DNA of 64,000 nt, taken from positions 4,032,001 through 4,096,000 of the forward strand of contig NC_087246.1 in assembly GCF_037042905.1 (NCBI RefSeq), read 5' to 3'. Of the stretch, positions 14,301-28,425 are shown one piece after another. Each line of letters begins with the position of its first letter. The first letter of the stretch is position 1. The notes beneath the pieces were generated by a model that was not told the origin of the DNA, did no database searches, and was given only the letters and a program-made list of their open reading frames with translations. The stretch comes from Lytechinus pictus. Taxonomy: Eukaryota. Both the position numbers and the translations under genes were made by a program.

Positions 14301-16837
14301 TTATTCAACACCATTGTTGCCAGCAAGATACAATCATGATACCCTTTCTGCATACATCCTATTAAAGGTAATGCTTCTCAACTCAACCAGGGAATTACCT
14401 TGCTTCTCTGTTGTATGGAGCAGTGCAATTCAGTATACATTCAAGGTAGTAAATCACCTAGGATTGCATCTGTATCAAATGCATTTTATGAAGAGACTAA
14501 ATACACCCTTCTTCATAGTGATTTTGAATAGAAATTCCAAATGAATGAAGGAAATACCCTATTCTTAATTTCTTCAACTTTTACAATGTTGTGACTTTTT
14601 GTAGTAAACAATTAGATGCTATCTGAACATATTGCTCTTAACTCTCCACGTCCATGAAAATGTAGTTAAAAGCACATTTAAAAAAATGCATTTTTACACT
14701 ATGAATACTACAGAGAAATATCGCTGATACTATAGCAAACATTATTGACATTTACTTACATATATATTGACTAGAGGAGAAAAAATGTTATTTTTGGAAA
14801 GAATTGTATGCATAAAAATGCTCTTCAATTGAGAAAGCATGTGTATAATAACGCAAAGCATTTTATCAACAAAATCAAAACCTGAATTATATTGAAAGGA
14901 ATCAATTTAATTTCAGTATATTTACAATACAAATTTATTTTCCCTTCTTTGTTCACTTTAAGCAAAATACTCATGTACACTTCCCTATTTAAAGACATGA
15001 ATTCACTATGATTTTGTTGGATTTTCCCCTTTTTGTTTAAGTTTTCATACTATTAAAGCATTAAGTATTTGGTAGGGTTTGATGCATTACTTTCTTCATT
15101 TCACGAACTTTGCTTTTTTGTAACTATCGTGAATGCAGTTGATTTTACTTATGAATATGGATCTGAGAGTGGATGCTCAACAGCACCCTCACAAGGCCCT
15201 AACAAGTCAATCTCATTGTGAACATCTCGAGACCGGAGAGAGAGTTGGGATCTGCTATGACCATGGCAGAATGTTGGTATCATCAATACTTGAGCAATTT
15301 TTAGACATCAAAATTTCTGACCAAAATCCTCTTTTTTTGTTGAAAGGAATACAATATGTACTATCAATTGTAAATATTTCATGTTTGGTTTGGCACAGAT
15401 GTTTATAATTACAATAAATTATTCCACTGAATGTATTTTTATGATGCAGGGCCCGTAATAGCATATGTTTGTACCCCCCAACCCTGATGCATCACACACA
15501 AAATTATCTGAATACTGATGGACATTAATAGAGGGCACTATGAAATTATCCCACAATAAGGAAAGTTTTTTTTTCTTCAAAAAGTGCCTCATAAAGACAA
15601 ACAGCATTAGGTAATATTATCTATTTTTTCTTTACATTTCCCGAGAGTCAGGTTGAATAATTCGATTTGCTAAACTTTAGGTATTTTGTTTTAGTGCATC
15701 AGAAATATGTATAGCTGAAGCCATATTGGAAGCAAAATAATTTTCCCATATCAATAGCTAAACACCTTTATACAGTGATAAACATGTCTTAACCATTTTA
15801 TTCTACATTCATAATAATATTTACTCTTTATTTACTTTTTTAATGCATTCTGATACAGAAGCTATCTGATTCTACTGTTAAAAACCTTGAAGTCAAATAA
15901 AATCAAATTTAACATTTTTTTGTCTAGACTGAAATGAAGTTAGTAGATAAAATCACACCATCACCTTTTACAAATACATGTTTATAGTTTACATAAATAC
16001 AGAATAAATAGTATTTTGTGTCAATTTTTTCTCAATCAATTATTACTAAACAATGAATAACAATGTACATTCTTTTTATCAGTAGAATATAGGTAGTATC
16101 GATGTAGTTATAAACATGTCATTACTCATTCATTACATTAATTGTACTCTGTACATCTTTACATCAAAGCAATAACTCAAATATCTTCATTATTTTCTCC
16201 TTCGTTGCGATCAACATGGTTTATATTCTATTCTCTTCTTTTTCATCTATACTACATGTACAAATATTCTGTATAATAGCTACAGGTGTGTATGATAGTT
16301 TGTCATATAAGAGCCATATTTACAAGGAATAATTTGTTTCTATTCTTTTCACTTGTATAAAATATCAATCAACTGAGCTATATATACCTCCAATGGTATC
16401 CTACAAATATCTACATTCTATGCCTACGCATTAGATCATGGTTGATTTTGAACAAAAAGAAAAAACTGATGTTTTTGCTTAGATTCATATAACCTTTCAC
16501 TTTAATAAATATTGCAAGCATTTTTTTGGTAAAGGGTAGTGGTATGACTCAGATATATTAAACTTTCCTTGTTCCATACTGCTGAATTACTGAGAGAGTA
16601 TTATTTCATGAAATGAGTTAACTAACACAAAATTTTTCTTCTGTAAAAAAAAATTAAATCCTGGGAAATGTTTCACAAATAGGGTGTGACCTAGAGTCAT
16701 ACTTAAATTTCAAGTTGCATCACCAAATTGGTCAGATCACGCGCACAGGATACTGTGTATCCATCAATCAGATAACTTGTTAAATAATATGTGTGTGTTG
16801 GCGTTAAAGCATTACTCACACTCAAACAACCCCTGGT

Positions 16838-17004
16838 GGGTGTTTCAAAAAGCTGTTCGTTAGTTGCAACGAACGACTGGTGATCTTTTCTTGTGGTAAA
16901 TGATACCCACCAGATTTTCATTGGTTTTGATGTAGTTCCTAAGAAAGGATCACCAGTCGTGTATGAAGTCGCTCGTAACTTATGAACAGCTTTATGAAAC
17001 ACCC
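16838..17004. mobile_element. Harbinger-like MITE
   Basis: GGGTGTTTCA..AAAGCTGTTC ... GAACAGCTTTATGAAACACCC inverted ends; inner IR CGACTGGTGATC/GATCACCAGTCG. Confidence 0.65.
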
Positions 17005-18880
17005 AATTGGTCTTTAATAACAAAGGATCAATAATACTATTCCTGTCACTAGATATCAAACAAACTCCAATCCAAGATTGCAATCTTCAGATCTCTGGTC
17101 AGGTGACAAGCATGATCAGGTGATCAAATGTGATTCTTAATGGAAATCAATGTTCGTCAATTAAAAGTTTAAAATTCTCTTTACACTCTAATTTATAATC
17201 TACTTTCTATGACAATGTTAAATTTTATGGGTTCCTTCATAACTCTATTATTTTGAGGTAGGGATAAACATGCAGTAATGTATTTATTAAAACAGTAGAG
17301 GTCCTATGGATCATCAGTGTTTCAAGTCTTTATTATCTATGTACTCATCTGTACTTAAAAAGAAGAATTTCTTTAAACAATCATAAGTGAAAGACAAGAC
17401 TATTATTGTACAGTATAATCTGAAAAAGTGTACAAACTTTTCATGGATAGCACTATAAATCAATACAAAAACAAGTATTCTTTTTACCCCAAGATCTTTG
17501 CATGGAGATCTCCAAACATTACCTTTGACTTTTAATACACCACCTTTGACTTTTAATACACCACATTCCATTGAAGATCTGCAGATCTTTAAACAAATCA
17601 GATCATTACAATTTCACCCCTTCTCAGTCATCCTACCACCATAAGGTTACTAAAACATTATAAAACTGTCTATGAGATCACTATACATCTTCTTGTTAAA
17701 TTTTAAACTCAAATGGTTGTGACAAACATGGATGACCAGTCACCTACATTTACTTTAAAAAATCTCTGAAATTAATTCTTTCTCCAATATTTCAAACAGA
17801 TACTTTGCATATTGTGTGTGAGTCAGAACAACGACTTACAGCTGAGATACACAAATATCACTGCAAAATGATAGCTGATCGTACAAGCACATTGTTTTAT
17901 TTACAAATTATCAAGCTAAGCTACGGGTAGTATTAAAAGTACACATCTCTAAAAGTACATAAGGAATGTTTCTTCAAGGAACAAAAATGAAATGATCTTG
18001 AATTTAAATCCATCCTAAATTTTTTTGACAGCATTTATCAGGTTGCTTGAATAACCTTCATGTGGTTGACTTTGAAGTCTGGTGACAGAGAGGACAATAC
18101 TACTGTTAAATACATGATTAAATAGATTCCACGATAAATACAATCCTCCGGAAATTTCCATTCACATCGAAATCAGTACCAATATCCAAACTCTACGACA
18201 ACCCTTCTGTAGTGATACACTCTGAAAAGAATTCCCCAATGAAATACAAGCAATAACTTCCATATAAAAACAGTTCCAAGCTAGCCTCACTACAAGAATG
18301 TACTGCATCTATGGCTTTGACTTGAAAGCACAATGCAAGTACAGTTAAAGAACTAAATATGTCGCTGAAACTCATTCACAAGACATTATGTTGGAATTTT
18401 TTCCAAAAGATTTGTAGCCAAATGACGACACATTGTCATAACACCGCAGACCAAGCAAATAATGCTGCATCGATACGCAAACAACATAAAGACAAAACTT
18501 TTCAAGCTATCACAACTCATTCATGTATCAAGCAGCCATGTGCTTCATCACATTACAAAGGTCTGTTCACAATAGTCCAACAATCTCACAATCCGTTCAC
18601 ACATAACACCCTTTTTCTGCTATGAGATCATTCAAAGTGACAGTCTCTATGCAATAGTCCAAAGAAACAGTATCAGTTGAAACAAGATTTCTCTCTTGAC
18701 AAGATCTTACTAGACTTTTCAGTTCAAGATTTTTTTTCTCGTTTCCCCTTGCAATCGAACTGGCTGACATCAATTTTCAAACATCGCGAATTCCACACTC
18801 TTTGCATATGCCTCTTTAGACAGGACTTTTCTGTTGTATTAAAACTTCTGAGTGATCTAATGCGTTTTGAAGTGCAGATA

Positions 18881-18958
18881 TTACTTAATTTGTGTGATAA
18901 CGATTATGACTACTATGGTAATGAGTACAGCACAGCATATCAGAATCATGATCTTTTT
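18881..18958 (-). CDS. Stx1: Syntaxin-1 terminal coding exon (transmembrane anchor plus stop)
   Basis: KKIMILICCAVLITIVVIIVITQIK*; CAG acceptor at 18961-18959; KKIMIxICC matches the syntaxin-1 TM start; TAA at 18883-18881. Confidence 0.9.
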   Translation of the reverse strand, partial: KKIMILICCAVLITIVVIIVITQIK

Positions 18959-19814
18959 CTGCACATCAAACCAGTCATGGTGAAGCAAATGGAGAAGAAA
19001 GACGATGTAAGAAGGAGATAGTTTTGGAGGAAAATGGTGGAGAAAAAAAAAAGAATGGAGAAAATTGGAGAAAGAATGAGATGATATTAGTGATTATGAA
19101 ACAAAATGAATGTTAAAAATGATGAAAGCATGAAAATAGCAAATAAAAAGTAAATGTTATTAACCAGAGAAATTGCAATATGAAAAACCTAAATTTCAGG
19201 ATATGTTGAATAACATAGGTAGGAATATTTTTTGGTCAATATTCTTTTAGGATGGTCTAGAAATGAATCTGAACTTAGTAGTAGCTAGCAGTTCATTGAC
19301 CTGCACAGCATTTTAATTGACCCATACATATTTATTGTGCAACTTTGATAATTGCATTAGAAATAAATCAATAGATTTAGATATTAAATGAGATGTTAGT
19401 TGGCCCTCAATGTGATCATGCAGATTACGTATGAATCTAATTCTATAATCAAATTAATTTGATTCAACAAACCTTGTCAAATAGCATCATTCAATGCAAG
19501 TTAATAAAGTAACACAATCTACATGCATTCAAAGGTCTATTAAAGAAAGGTCAAAATTATTTATCATGATAAATAAACCAAATTCAAACTTGCATGTGAA
19601 ACAAAATGTGGATCATAAATCTCCTTAGTATGTTTATGTGAAATTTGTTCTAAATATGCGTGGTTATTTTCTCATGGTGGCATCCAAATACCTTGACACT
19701 TACAGCATGAACTTACCCACTTACTTTACTAGTGCACCTGTTTTGAGATTAAAAAGAACTATGTGTTTGTGGTTACCTTTCAAGAAAAAGGAATAGTTAA
19801 TAAAGTGAACTTAC

Positions 19815-19925
19815 CCGTCTTGCTTTACTTTGGTACTTGACTGCCTTTTTTGTGTCCATTTTGGCGGTCTCCACGTAGTCCACAGACTGTTCTACATTAT
19901 ATTCAATCCTATCAATCATTTCACC
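19815..19925 (-). CDS. Stx1: Syntaxin-1 coding exon (SNARE motif, C-terminal half, plus polybasic juxtamembrane segment)
   Basis: [40 protein letters not shown] acceptor, GTAAGT donor; 111 bp. Confidence 0.97.
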
Positions 19926-20494
19926 CTGGAGTATACAAGAATATCAGAAGATATTGAAACAGCTTTAACAAATTCAATTTAAAAATCTATTGAATCTTAT
20001 TGAAGCTTACTAATTGTAATTGATAATTTCTGCAAAGCATAAATTCATATTCCTCTTGAATGGTATTATATATAATTATGAAATATATCTGTGGACAGGT
20101 AAATTGTTATTCATTATTTTCCTGGACAATCAAAGTCAATTGCATGTTTTCATTTATTTCATGTGAACAAGAAAGGACTGTTTTCAGTCCAAACAACATA
20201 TGTATAACTGTAAAATCAGTTAAATTTGAACATTAGAAGCTTTCATACTGCAGCAATGTTTCAATATTGTAGAAATGAATATGATGTGATTTTCCCTCAG
20301 ATACAGAATTAGATTCATCTGATTGATAAGATTTTTGTAAGATTATCATCTTTTGCACAATCAAGAAAATAATGTACCTTATTCTAAAGTACTTTTGCCT
20401 AATTCTAAAGAAGACACCAGTTGAAGACCTAAGTGCTCATTGAGGTAAAAAAATATTTCTCTTGATTGAAAAAAAAAACTTCTGCCTCTCTTAC

Positions 20495-20632
20495 CTGACT
20501 TTCAACCAACATTGCCATGTCCATAAACATGTCATGTAATTCTCTGATGCTAGTTTCTAATTTGATGATATCATTGTGTCGTGCTTCGATGTCTCTTAGA
20601 GTCTGTTTGGCCTGTTGTGTATCCATGATAAT
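20495..20632 (-). CDS. Stx1: Syntaxin-1 coding exon (SNARE/H3 motif, N-terminal half up to the zero-layer Q)
   Basis: [49 protein letters not shown] acceptor, GTAAGA donor; 138 bp. Confidence 0.97.
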
Positions 20633-21169
20633 CTAGTTCATAAAAAAGATGAACCAATTAATTTAAACAAAGAATAAGATAATGTGGAGTACAGACATAC
20701 TGAATTAATAATAACACATTGTGACAAAACACAAATTGATTTCATGTCTATTATAATCCTATTAAGGGGATTCCCACATTTTGTTCTTTAATTGCAAAGG
20801 GCACATTCTTATTTGTGTTTCAACAGTTTGTGGTACATGCTCAATTAACTTGAAGTATAAGGAGATAACTTGTTAGCCCAAATTAGTGTACAAGTTAAAC
20901 CATGGTTAAAATGAAGTTTCTACACTAATGGACCATCAAACATTATTTTTAACGATTTTCACTGTCACGGATATATTTTCCTGGTAAAAAAAAAAGAAAA
21001 TTGGGTACCCCAAATATGCTATGTGATAGTGTTGTCTATCTTCCATGATTAAATTGACTTGGATCATGTCAGATTATCAGCATTCTTTTTGAATTATTTT
21101 TAACATCTAACCAAATTCACATTCTCATTCCTTTTCTAGATTCATTAGGCCATGAGGAGCTGCAATGAC

Positions 21170-22122
21170 AATTGTAATGCAAATGAGAATGTGAATAAGT
21201 GAGATTGTATTGCCTGGGCGTGTGAGGGTAAGAGGCCTGTTGGTTTGTAGTGACACTCACTCCTGCTCATTTGGTGGTGGCCAGCTCAGCCATTTGCTGG
21301 CTTGTATATTTTTCAGGACTCTAAAAATTCAAGTCATTGTAAGTAGCTTGTCATTTCTGTATCTCAAGATTATAAGAGGATAGATTATAGTGAGAATATC
21401 AGTTGTACTATTGAAGAAAAAAGCAAGTAATGCTTGTGTGTTTAATTGAATTACTCTAAATGAATAGAAGAAGTCATGTTGGATTTTTAAGAAAATGTTT
21501 CTCACAAGGCTTGTAGCAAGTGTAAATTATCAAAATAAATCTAATGTTTTGTTTTTCCTGTTTTAGTATACGAGGCATCAATATTTAAGCATGCATTCTA
21601 TAGGTTTGACTTTGGTCTTGTATGTGTTAATCGTAAATCATTGTCTATGCAATTATTATGGTAAAAGTCGCTTATACTATTTCAGGTAACTCCTCTTTAA
21701 AGAGGGATGTGACCTTATCAGCTTGCACGCATGTGCGTGAACCGGAACGAGCTTGGATGGTGCATTCAACGTTCTAGGTGAAGATTATTCTACCTGTGTG
21801 ATTCAGGAATTACTGTGTGACCCGACATCTATGTGACACTAGTTCTGTGTGACTGGGGTTTGCTTGCCCATCATCGTCTGTTTTCTTCATGCACCCAGCT
21901 AATGGTTAATTCTCAAGCCACCTCAGAAACTCACTTCTATCTTCAAGCGATAGTAACAGAACCGGATTCAAGACACTCGCAGTAAGCGATATCTTTTCAG
22001 TTTGAATTCTAAACTGGAAGACATCTGCAACTTCGGATCAATTTGAATGTGAACATGGTTGAACTATAACGTGATGAACTGAAATAAAGTTGGATTGTCG
22101 GGTCTACAAGACTTTGCTAACA
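21170..22122 (+). mobile_element. Possible solo LTR in a syntaxin intron (left boundary uncertain)
   Basis: GC-richer block ending AATAAA ... GCTAACA (22122); a complementary TGTTAGC lies at 20871, but no TSD was found. Confidence 0.35.
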
Positions 22123-22482
22123 CTTATGAACAGTATTATAATATTTTTGTTAAACATACTTCATACCTGTACTCAAAGATTGTCGATTCATATATTTGCA
22201 TAACTGAATTCAGTTGGTTGGGTTGTTCCATATAATGTTCTTCAATATATTGCATGAAGTGCTTTTGACTTCAGTGTATGAATTTTTTGGAAAATACTTG
22301 ATACAATTTTTGCTACGTGACTTTAGTAACTGCGAGTGACAATTATTTTCATGGAGTATTACACTTGAGCTAAAAAGTATATAAAAATCAGTTGTTTCGG
22401 TAGAAATTTGTTTGGTCCAAGTTTGTTCCTGACAGATCAATTATCTCTCTCTAGAAGACATGGCTCAGGGTCTAATACTTAC

Positions 22483-22556
22483 CCCTGATGTAAAGATAGC
22501 AGGATTCCCACTCTCCAACATGTCTTCCAATTCCGCATCTGTTGTGGATTTACCAG
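22483..22556 (-). CDS. Stx1: Syntaxin-1 coding exon (linker containing the LE motif)
   Basis: (T)[27 protein letters not shown] acceptor, GTAAGT donor; 74 bp. Confidence 0.96.
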
Positions 22557-23411
22557 CTGAAAACAGACCAAAAAAGATCTCATTCGCACACTCAGCAGTT
22601 TCGAAACATTTTATTCTTCGGACTTTCACACAACTGTCTTTGGGTTGTGCCTTTTAAAAACCCTTTTTTTTGGGGGGGGGGTTGTTTAAAAAGACAATAA
22701 AAATATTCTTCAAAATGTTCACGATATTCCCCCCAATTTATGGCATCATGGTAATCCCAAGAAGGACAAGACAAGATTTTCAGATGAAATATCTGCAGCC
22801 ATTATATATTGTATATATATCAAACACATATTAATATTGGGCTGTATATTTTAGCTTTGTGGATCACTCTTCATTTTTACATATCAACATGTTTCTTGAT
22901 GTATTTGTTGGTTTTGTTTTTATTATTCATAGTTAGAATGACCAAGAATGAGAGAAATGGTGGAGCAGGGGTCCATTTCATTTCAAATAACTTTGCCATT
23001 ATGGTATCTACCATGGAAATGTTGACTGGTTGCTGACACCTGTTACCATGGTAGTTACCACGATGTCAAAGTTACCATGAATTGTAAAGTCTTTATGAAA
23101 TGTACCCCAGATGTGGACAGTGCTGGCTAAAATGAGAATTGATTGAACCAAATTAGGCAATATGTGGAATGAATCCCATAAAGTATGTTTGTCATTCCAC
23201 TCTAGGTAATGGATAACACCTGTTATAGTATAGGCATCCAAGTAATATCAAATTCAATATGAAAGTCGATAACACCCATTCAAAAAAATCAACTTGACCT
23301 CCACCATTTTTTCTTTGTTAAATTCAAGTTTTCAAAAAAAGCCTGATAGCCAATTCTTTGGACCCCAGATCAGGAGAAAGAGGGGAGGGGGGCAGAAGTG
23401 GAGGCACTCAC

Positions 23412-23520
23412 TGATTTCTAGTTGTCTCTGGATACGCCCCTTGCACCTCTCTCTATAGTCTGTTTGTGTACTGTTGTAATCTGTCATCACCTCTACAAAT
23501 TTACGTGATAATGTTGAGTG
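23412..23520 (-). CDS. Stx1: Syntaxin-1 coding exon (Hc helix)
   Basis: [39 protein letters not shown] acceptor, GTGAGT donor; 109 bp. Confidence 0.97.
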
Positions 23521-25499
23521 CTGCAAGGAAAAGTTAAAAAGACAAAGGTAAATACTGTAATAAAGACTGATGTAATAAGAAAAAAAATGTTCTCAGGAAT
23601 ATTGCTCAATCGTTTCCAGAAAAGGGGCGCTGCTGCACTTTGCAGTGCCATTGCCCTTTTCTGTGTAGTTTGACAAAATATTGACTCTATCATCTATGGA
23701 CCTTAGTTACTTCTTTCAAATGCTTTATAAGTGAATATAATTTTAATCAATGCTAAAAAATACAAAAGTAAAATAGTCCATATCATTTCACAAATATGGA
23801 ATGGATGTCCTGGATGGTATAATTAAAAACATTTTTTAAGCTATACGCCTGAGAAACATATGGTTGTTTACTGTTTACATAAAAGTGAAATAAATTGTTT
23901 AAACATGAATATATTTAAACAATCCAATTTTTGTGTTTTTTATACATGACAATAAAATGAATTGAATTGAATTGAATTGAATAATGTAAAAAGGAACACT
24001 TGAATATTATATCTAAGAAATATATGCATGCAAGTAACACAATATAACCAAGAACTTTGAAATTCAATGATGATCTTTAAATGGCAATGGAAAGTGCTGT
24101 CAATAATCATCAATCATTCTTAGGTCTGAAAGCATTTTCTTATTAACATATGATCTATACATGTACATGTAGATCTCAGCTGCTGCAAATAAATGCCCAA
24201 AAGGAAAAAGGAACTGAATTTGCATACAAAATTCTTGTGATGCTCTCTCTTTTTCTGTGATCTTTTTTATACCACATAATTTTCAAGCAATTTGTGCATT
24301 TCATAATACATTTGCTACCAACATTCAATACCCTGGTATGAGAGGTTTATGGTTTAACTGCTTTTTCTATAATATGGGCAGCGAGTGAGAATTAAAACAA
24401 AATTAAGAACATATTCAACTGAACAATGAATCCCACGTGTAGTGAAGTATAAAGTCTAATCAGTAGAACTATTAAGAGATCCCTTGAAAACTGTAGTTTA
24501 AATGAGATTTGTAATAACTTTGAAAGAGAAACACTCTGAATGGTGTTTAGTACACTGTTGTTGACCAATCCCTCATTGTGAACGAGTGACGACAAAATGA
24601 GGGCGTAACTTGCGTGCATGTACTAATAAAAAAACAAATAATTGCCATATTAAGTGAATAAACATTAGCCGAGAAACATATAAGTGTATGACATTTACCA
24701 TGGCAATATTATTTTTTTTCCAAGATAAAAAATCCCTTCTCACTATGAATTCAAAATTAAGTTAGAAATTTGATTTTCTTTGTAAAACTTTTTGCAACCC
24801 AGGTGCAGTAAAGGGGTACTTGGTAGGAATGTCCACAGATCGCTGTCAAGTCCTGTACGACATTCACTTGGGTAAGGCATGGCAAAAGATAAGTGCACTG
24901 TCAGAACATAAATCTAAAAACTACATGTCATTTCTAGTCAAATGCTCAAGCAAGGGCACATCTTCTACAACACTTGGATGAACAACTGGCAGTGGGAACA
25001 GGGGCATAGTTAAACAAATACTCTCAAAGAATTTCATCAAGCCGGGAGTGTGTAAAGAGATGGTATAGTCAGTGGATTGTTATGGTATCTTTGACCAATC
25101 CAACATTTGAGAATACAAAGCAATCAGTATTAAATCATCGCCCAAAGGTTATCACAACAGATGGGGAGAAAAGGCTTCAATATCATGTCCAATCAACATG
25201 GGGGGGGGGGGGAGATTTTTATGGTGTTGTTTTTATTGCTTTCTGCTTCGCCACTGACTAGACATACCGTCCTTATCTTTCTGATCTACCGGTATTTAAG
25301 CCAATGTTAAGGTCTTGACATTATTCATTCATTTATTTTGCTATAGATCATAATACAATGCAGATTTACATTCACATCATAGCTACAAATAATCACGAGA
25401 TATACATACATATATGAGAAAATAAGAACTGATAATTTTACACAAAACCTAAATAACCAGCAATCTAAATTTTGGCAATAAATATGAAATAAAACTTAC

Positions 25500-25573
25500 C
25501 TGTGTCTTTCTTATCCTTACATCCGCCGAGTTCATCTTGGAACTCTCCTCCTGCTCAATGCTTTGCTCCATCA
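25500..25573 (-). CDS. Stx1: Syntaxin-1 coding exon
   Basis: (M)MEQSIEQEESSKMNSADVRIRKTQ; CAG acceptor, GTAAGT donor; 74 bp. Confidence 0.96.
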
Positions 25574-28120
25574 CTGGAAAAAATATCATCAATGAATGAT
25601 TAATTTCCTCATTATTTAATTCCATTAGCAATTAAAGGATCATTTATGGAACAGGCTAAAATATATCATGGACAAAAAATTCAACTCTTTTTTCTGTATT
25701 AGTAAAATGTTATTTTTGTTTGGTTTTTAAATGTATTATCATTTTTGTGTGTACATAATAAAAGGAGAGAGTTGTTCATGTGTGACATCTTGGTCACATT
25801 GCAAATTAGAGGATTGACATAGAATTCATGACATTCAACATTGGTTTTCTAATAAATTTAACCGATCACACACTGTGAATTATCTTAGGATTTCATTAAT
25901 CTTTAATAGCAATTGACAGTTGTGTTCTACATTCAAACAGATAATCCTTGAAGATATAGTATAAAAGAAGATAATTTGTGGAACTGTTTCCTACCAACAA
26001 TCTGATTTTCTATTCTACATGTCTCAGATGAAAATAAAGCAACATGCCAATTCCACTTTCAGTAAACATGTGATGTAAATACTTAAGAACCGTGTTAAAC
26101 CCATTCTCTAAAATGATCTTTATTCTGAAAGGAGAAAGGAGACTATACCTTCTTCCACTTGAGTAACAAGTTGGTTTTTTTAAGTGTTGACAATTTTAAC
26201 TCTCATTTCATATTCATCTTGTAGTTTGTTTTACAAGGAAAAAGGGCAAATCAAACAAAAAGGTGATAGAAAACCTTTCTTATAATTTTTATAAAATTTA
26301 TTTTATTATCCAGAACAGTGAGAATAAATTTTGATAAAATCCAAAAATCTTCTATGATGTGATCTTCTACTTGACCTTTAAGGGAGAAAAAAACGAACTC
26401 TACATTAAATATAGAGTATGATTATTACTCAGAGCCCTGTGACTCAGCCATAGTGGTCTGAACTAAAATCTATTCCCACTCTCTCTCTCTGGGAATTACA
26501 TGATTATTTCCATAAATGTTGAGGTGAGTACCTATCGCACATATATTCTCTCATATGCGTATGATACACAAATTATGCTCCCCACTCAGAACTCGGCAGG
26601 GTATAAAAAGCTTCCCCACACAGAGAGCGTCATTAAAGCAATTACACCTTATGAATCAAATTTACACAGAGTATGAATATTAAGTGTGGGATTGAGGAGG
26701 TTATCAGGGATTGTCAATAACCAATCAAATTGGACTAAACATGAAAGGCTATTCACATCACTAATAACTCTTAACTACATTGGCAATTAATCGCAAGGAA
26801 ACCTTAATTTTGATTGCTACATTTTACTTGGCAATGTTACCTTGGTGAATTTAAAGGATTACGAAAAAATCTCAGTCGGCTGTGAATAGTGACCCGCTGA
26901 ACACTGGTTTCATTTTAATCCCTAGGATTAACTTTTAAATCTAAATCCAAAAAGGTTGAATTCAAATCTGCAGTGTTCAAATATAAATCCAATGTTTGGC
27001 TGGAAAATACAGACCATCTGGATTTATTTTAATCAAATCCTTGCAAAAATAGAGTGTACCATCAACAGCAAGGTTAATATGATTAATGGAAAGCTTTGAG
27101 TAATGAGGCAATTGAATGGTCACAGCAACTAGTGATATTTACTTGCCATTAATTAAAACAAGTCACTTTACATGTTTGTCCTACTAGTATACATGTACCT
27201 AACCTTACATTTTGATAACAGGGACTTAAAATAATACAATATCATGGAAGGAGAGGGGGGGGGTGAATCAGATATGCTTAGTATTTACAATCAATTGTAA
27301 TTTGTTGGTTTCCCATAGAATTAAAGTTATGCTCAGATGTAATTGTCTCATTGATTGTATTTTTCATGTTACAGGGCCAGTGTGGTTAAAGTCATTAGTC
27401 AGTCAAGATCTGGTTCTAATTTGAATCCTAAAAAATCATCATCAAACCTTAAATGACTTAAAATTTGAAGCTTTAAATTCAAAAGTCTCTAATCTTTATT
27501 CAGTCTTCAGCTGGTCAATAACTACAGCAAATCTGGATTTATTTCAAATCCATGAAATTAAGCATCCTTCCTCATTTTTCCAAAGGGACCATCTTCTTTT
27601 TAAATGTTTGTAAAATGAATCTTGACAAAGTGCTTAAAAATTGAAATAGTTTTGCACACAGACCAAAAAAAATCCATGCTGGACCCATAGGCCTATCGTG
27701 CAAATAAAATATTAAAAAAAAGATCATCAATGGAATGGATGTAAAAAGGAAGCTATAAAATAAACCTTTTAATTATCAACAACAGCCTAGACTCAAATTT
27801 ATGGTATATGGACATCTTTTATTGTAATCTATGAAACCATTGAAATATTTTGAGTAAAAAATCAATACGTGATTATCTTAATGAAATGTATAAATACCCA
27901 TATTCTTCTTGATTAACAGTATACATGTACACATCTGTTTATCTCTAATTAAAGACCCAATGGCTGCATATAGGAAGGCTGTGCAATGTGCCAAGTTCTG
28001 GTGAAATATCTGACAGCCATGTATACGTGAACATGACTGACACAAAAGAAAGTTGTATTTAATACTTCTAAATACCCTTTTCTCACGAGCAAAATTTTCC
28101 TTGACCCCATAACTATAGGT

Positions 28121-28425
28121 AGGTTTAAATTGCAAGTTAGCCAAACCTATAGTCTAGGGTTTAGCTTAGTCCAATTTTTTTTTCTCAACACATTGTTGCA
28201 AAGTGGGCTAACCCATCTGTAACATGTATAGAACAAGATAATTTGCCCTAGAAAACAGCAAGGTTAGCTGGGCAATTGCATGATAGTCCGGGGTTAAGAG
28301 TAATGTTGAGAAAAGAAACCCGGTCAAGTCAAGGATGATAATACAAGTAGCGCTAATATCCAATCACAGCTAAGCACTGATAAATTGGCTACCACTAACT
28401 TTTCGGAGCATAGCAATTTAGGCCT
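28121..28425. mobile_element. Degenerate MITE
   Basis: AGGTTTAAATTGC ... GCAATTTAGGCCT outer IR; TTTTCTCAACA/TGTTGAGAAAA inner IR. Confidence 0.45.

Noticed and set aside
13834..14339. Repetitive ORFs (MVPGIEPVLPLCYQPG)n
   Set aside because: Products of the 39/51-bp minisatellite; the frame breaks between units
14168..14350. Minus-strand CAG|AAAGGGTATCATGATTGT resembling the start of the syntaxin TM exon
   Set aside because: Similarity is only ~25 nt, requires a frameshift, gives no hydrophobic TM segment and abuts a tandem repeat; probably chance
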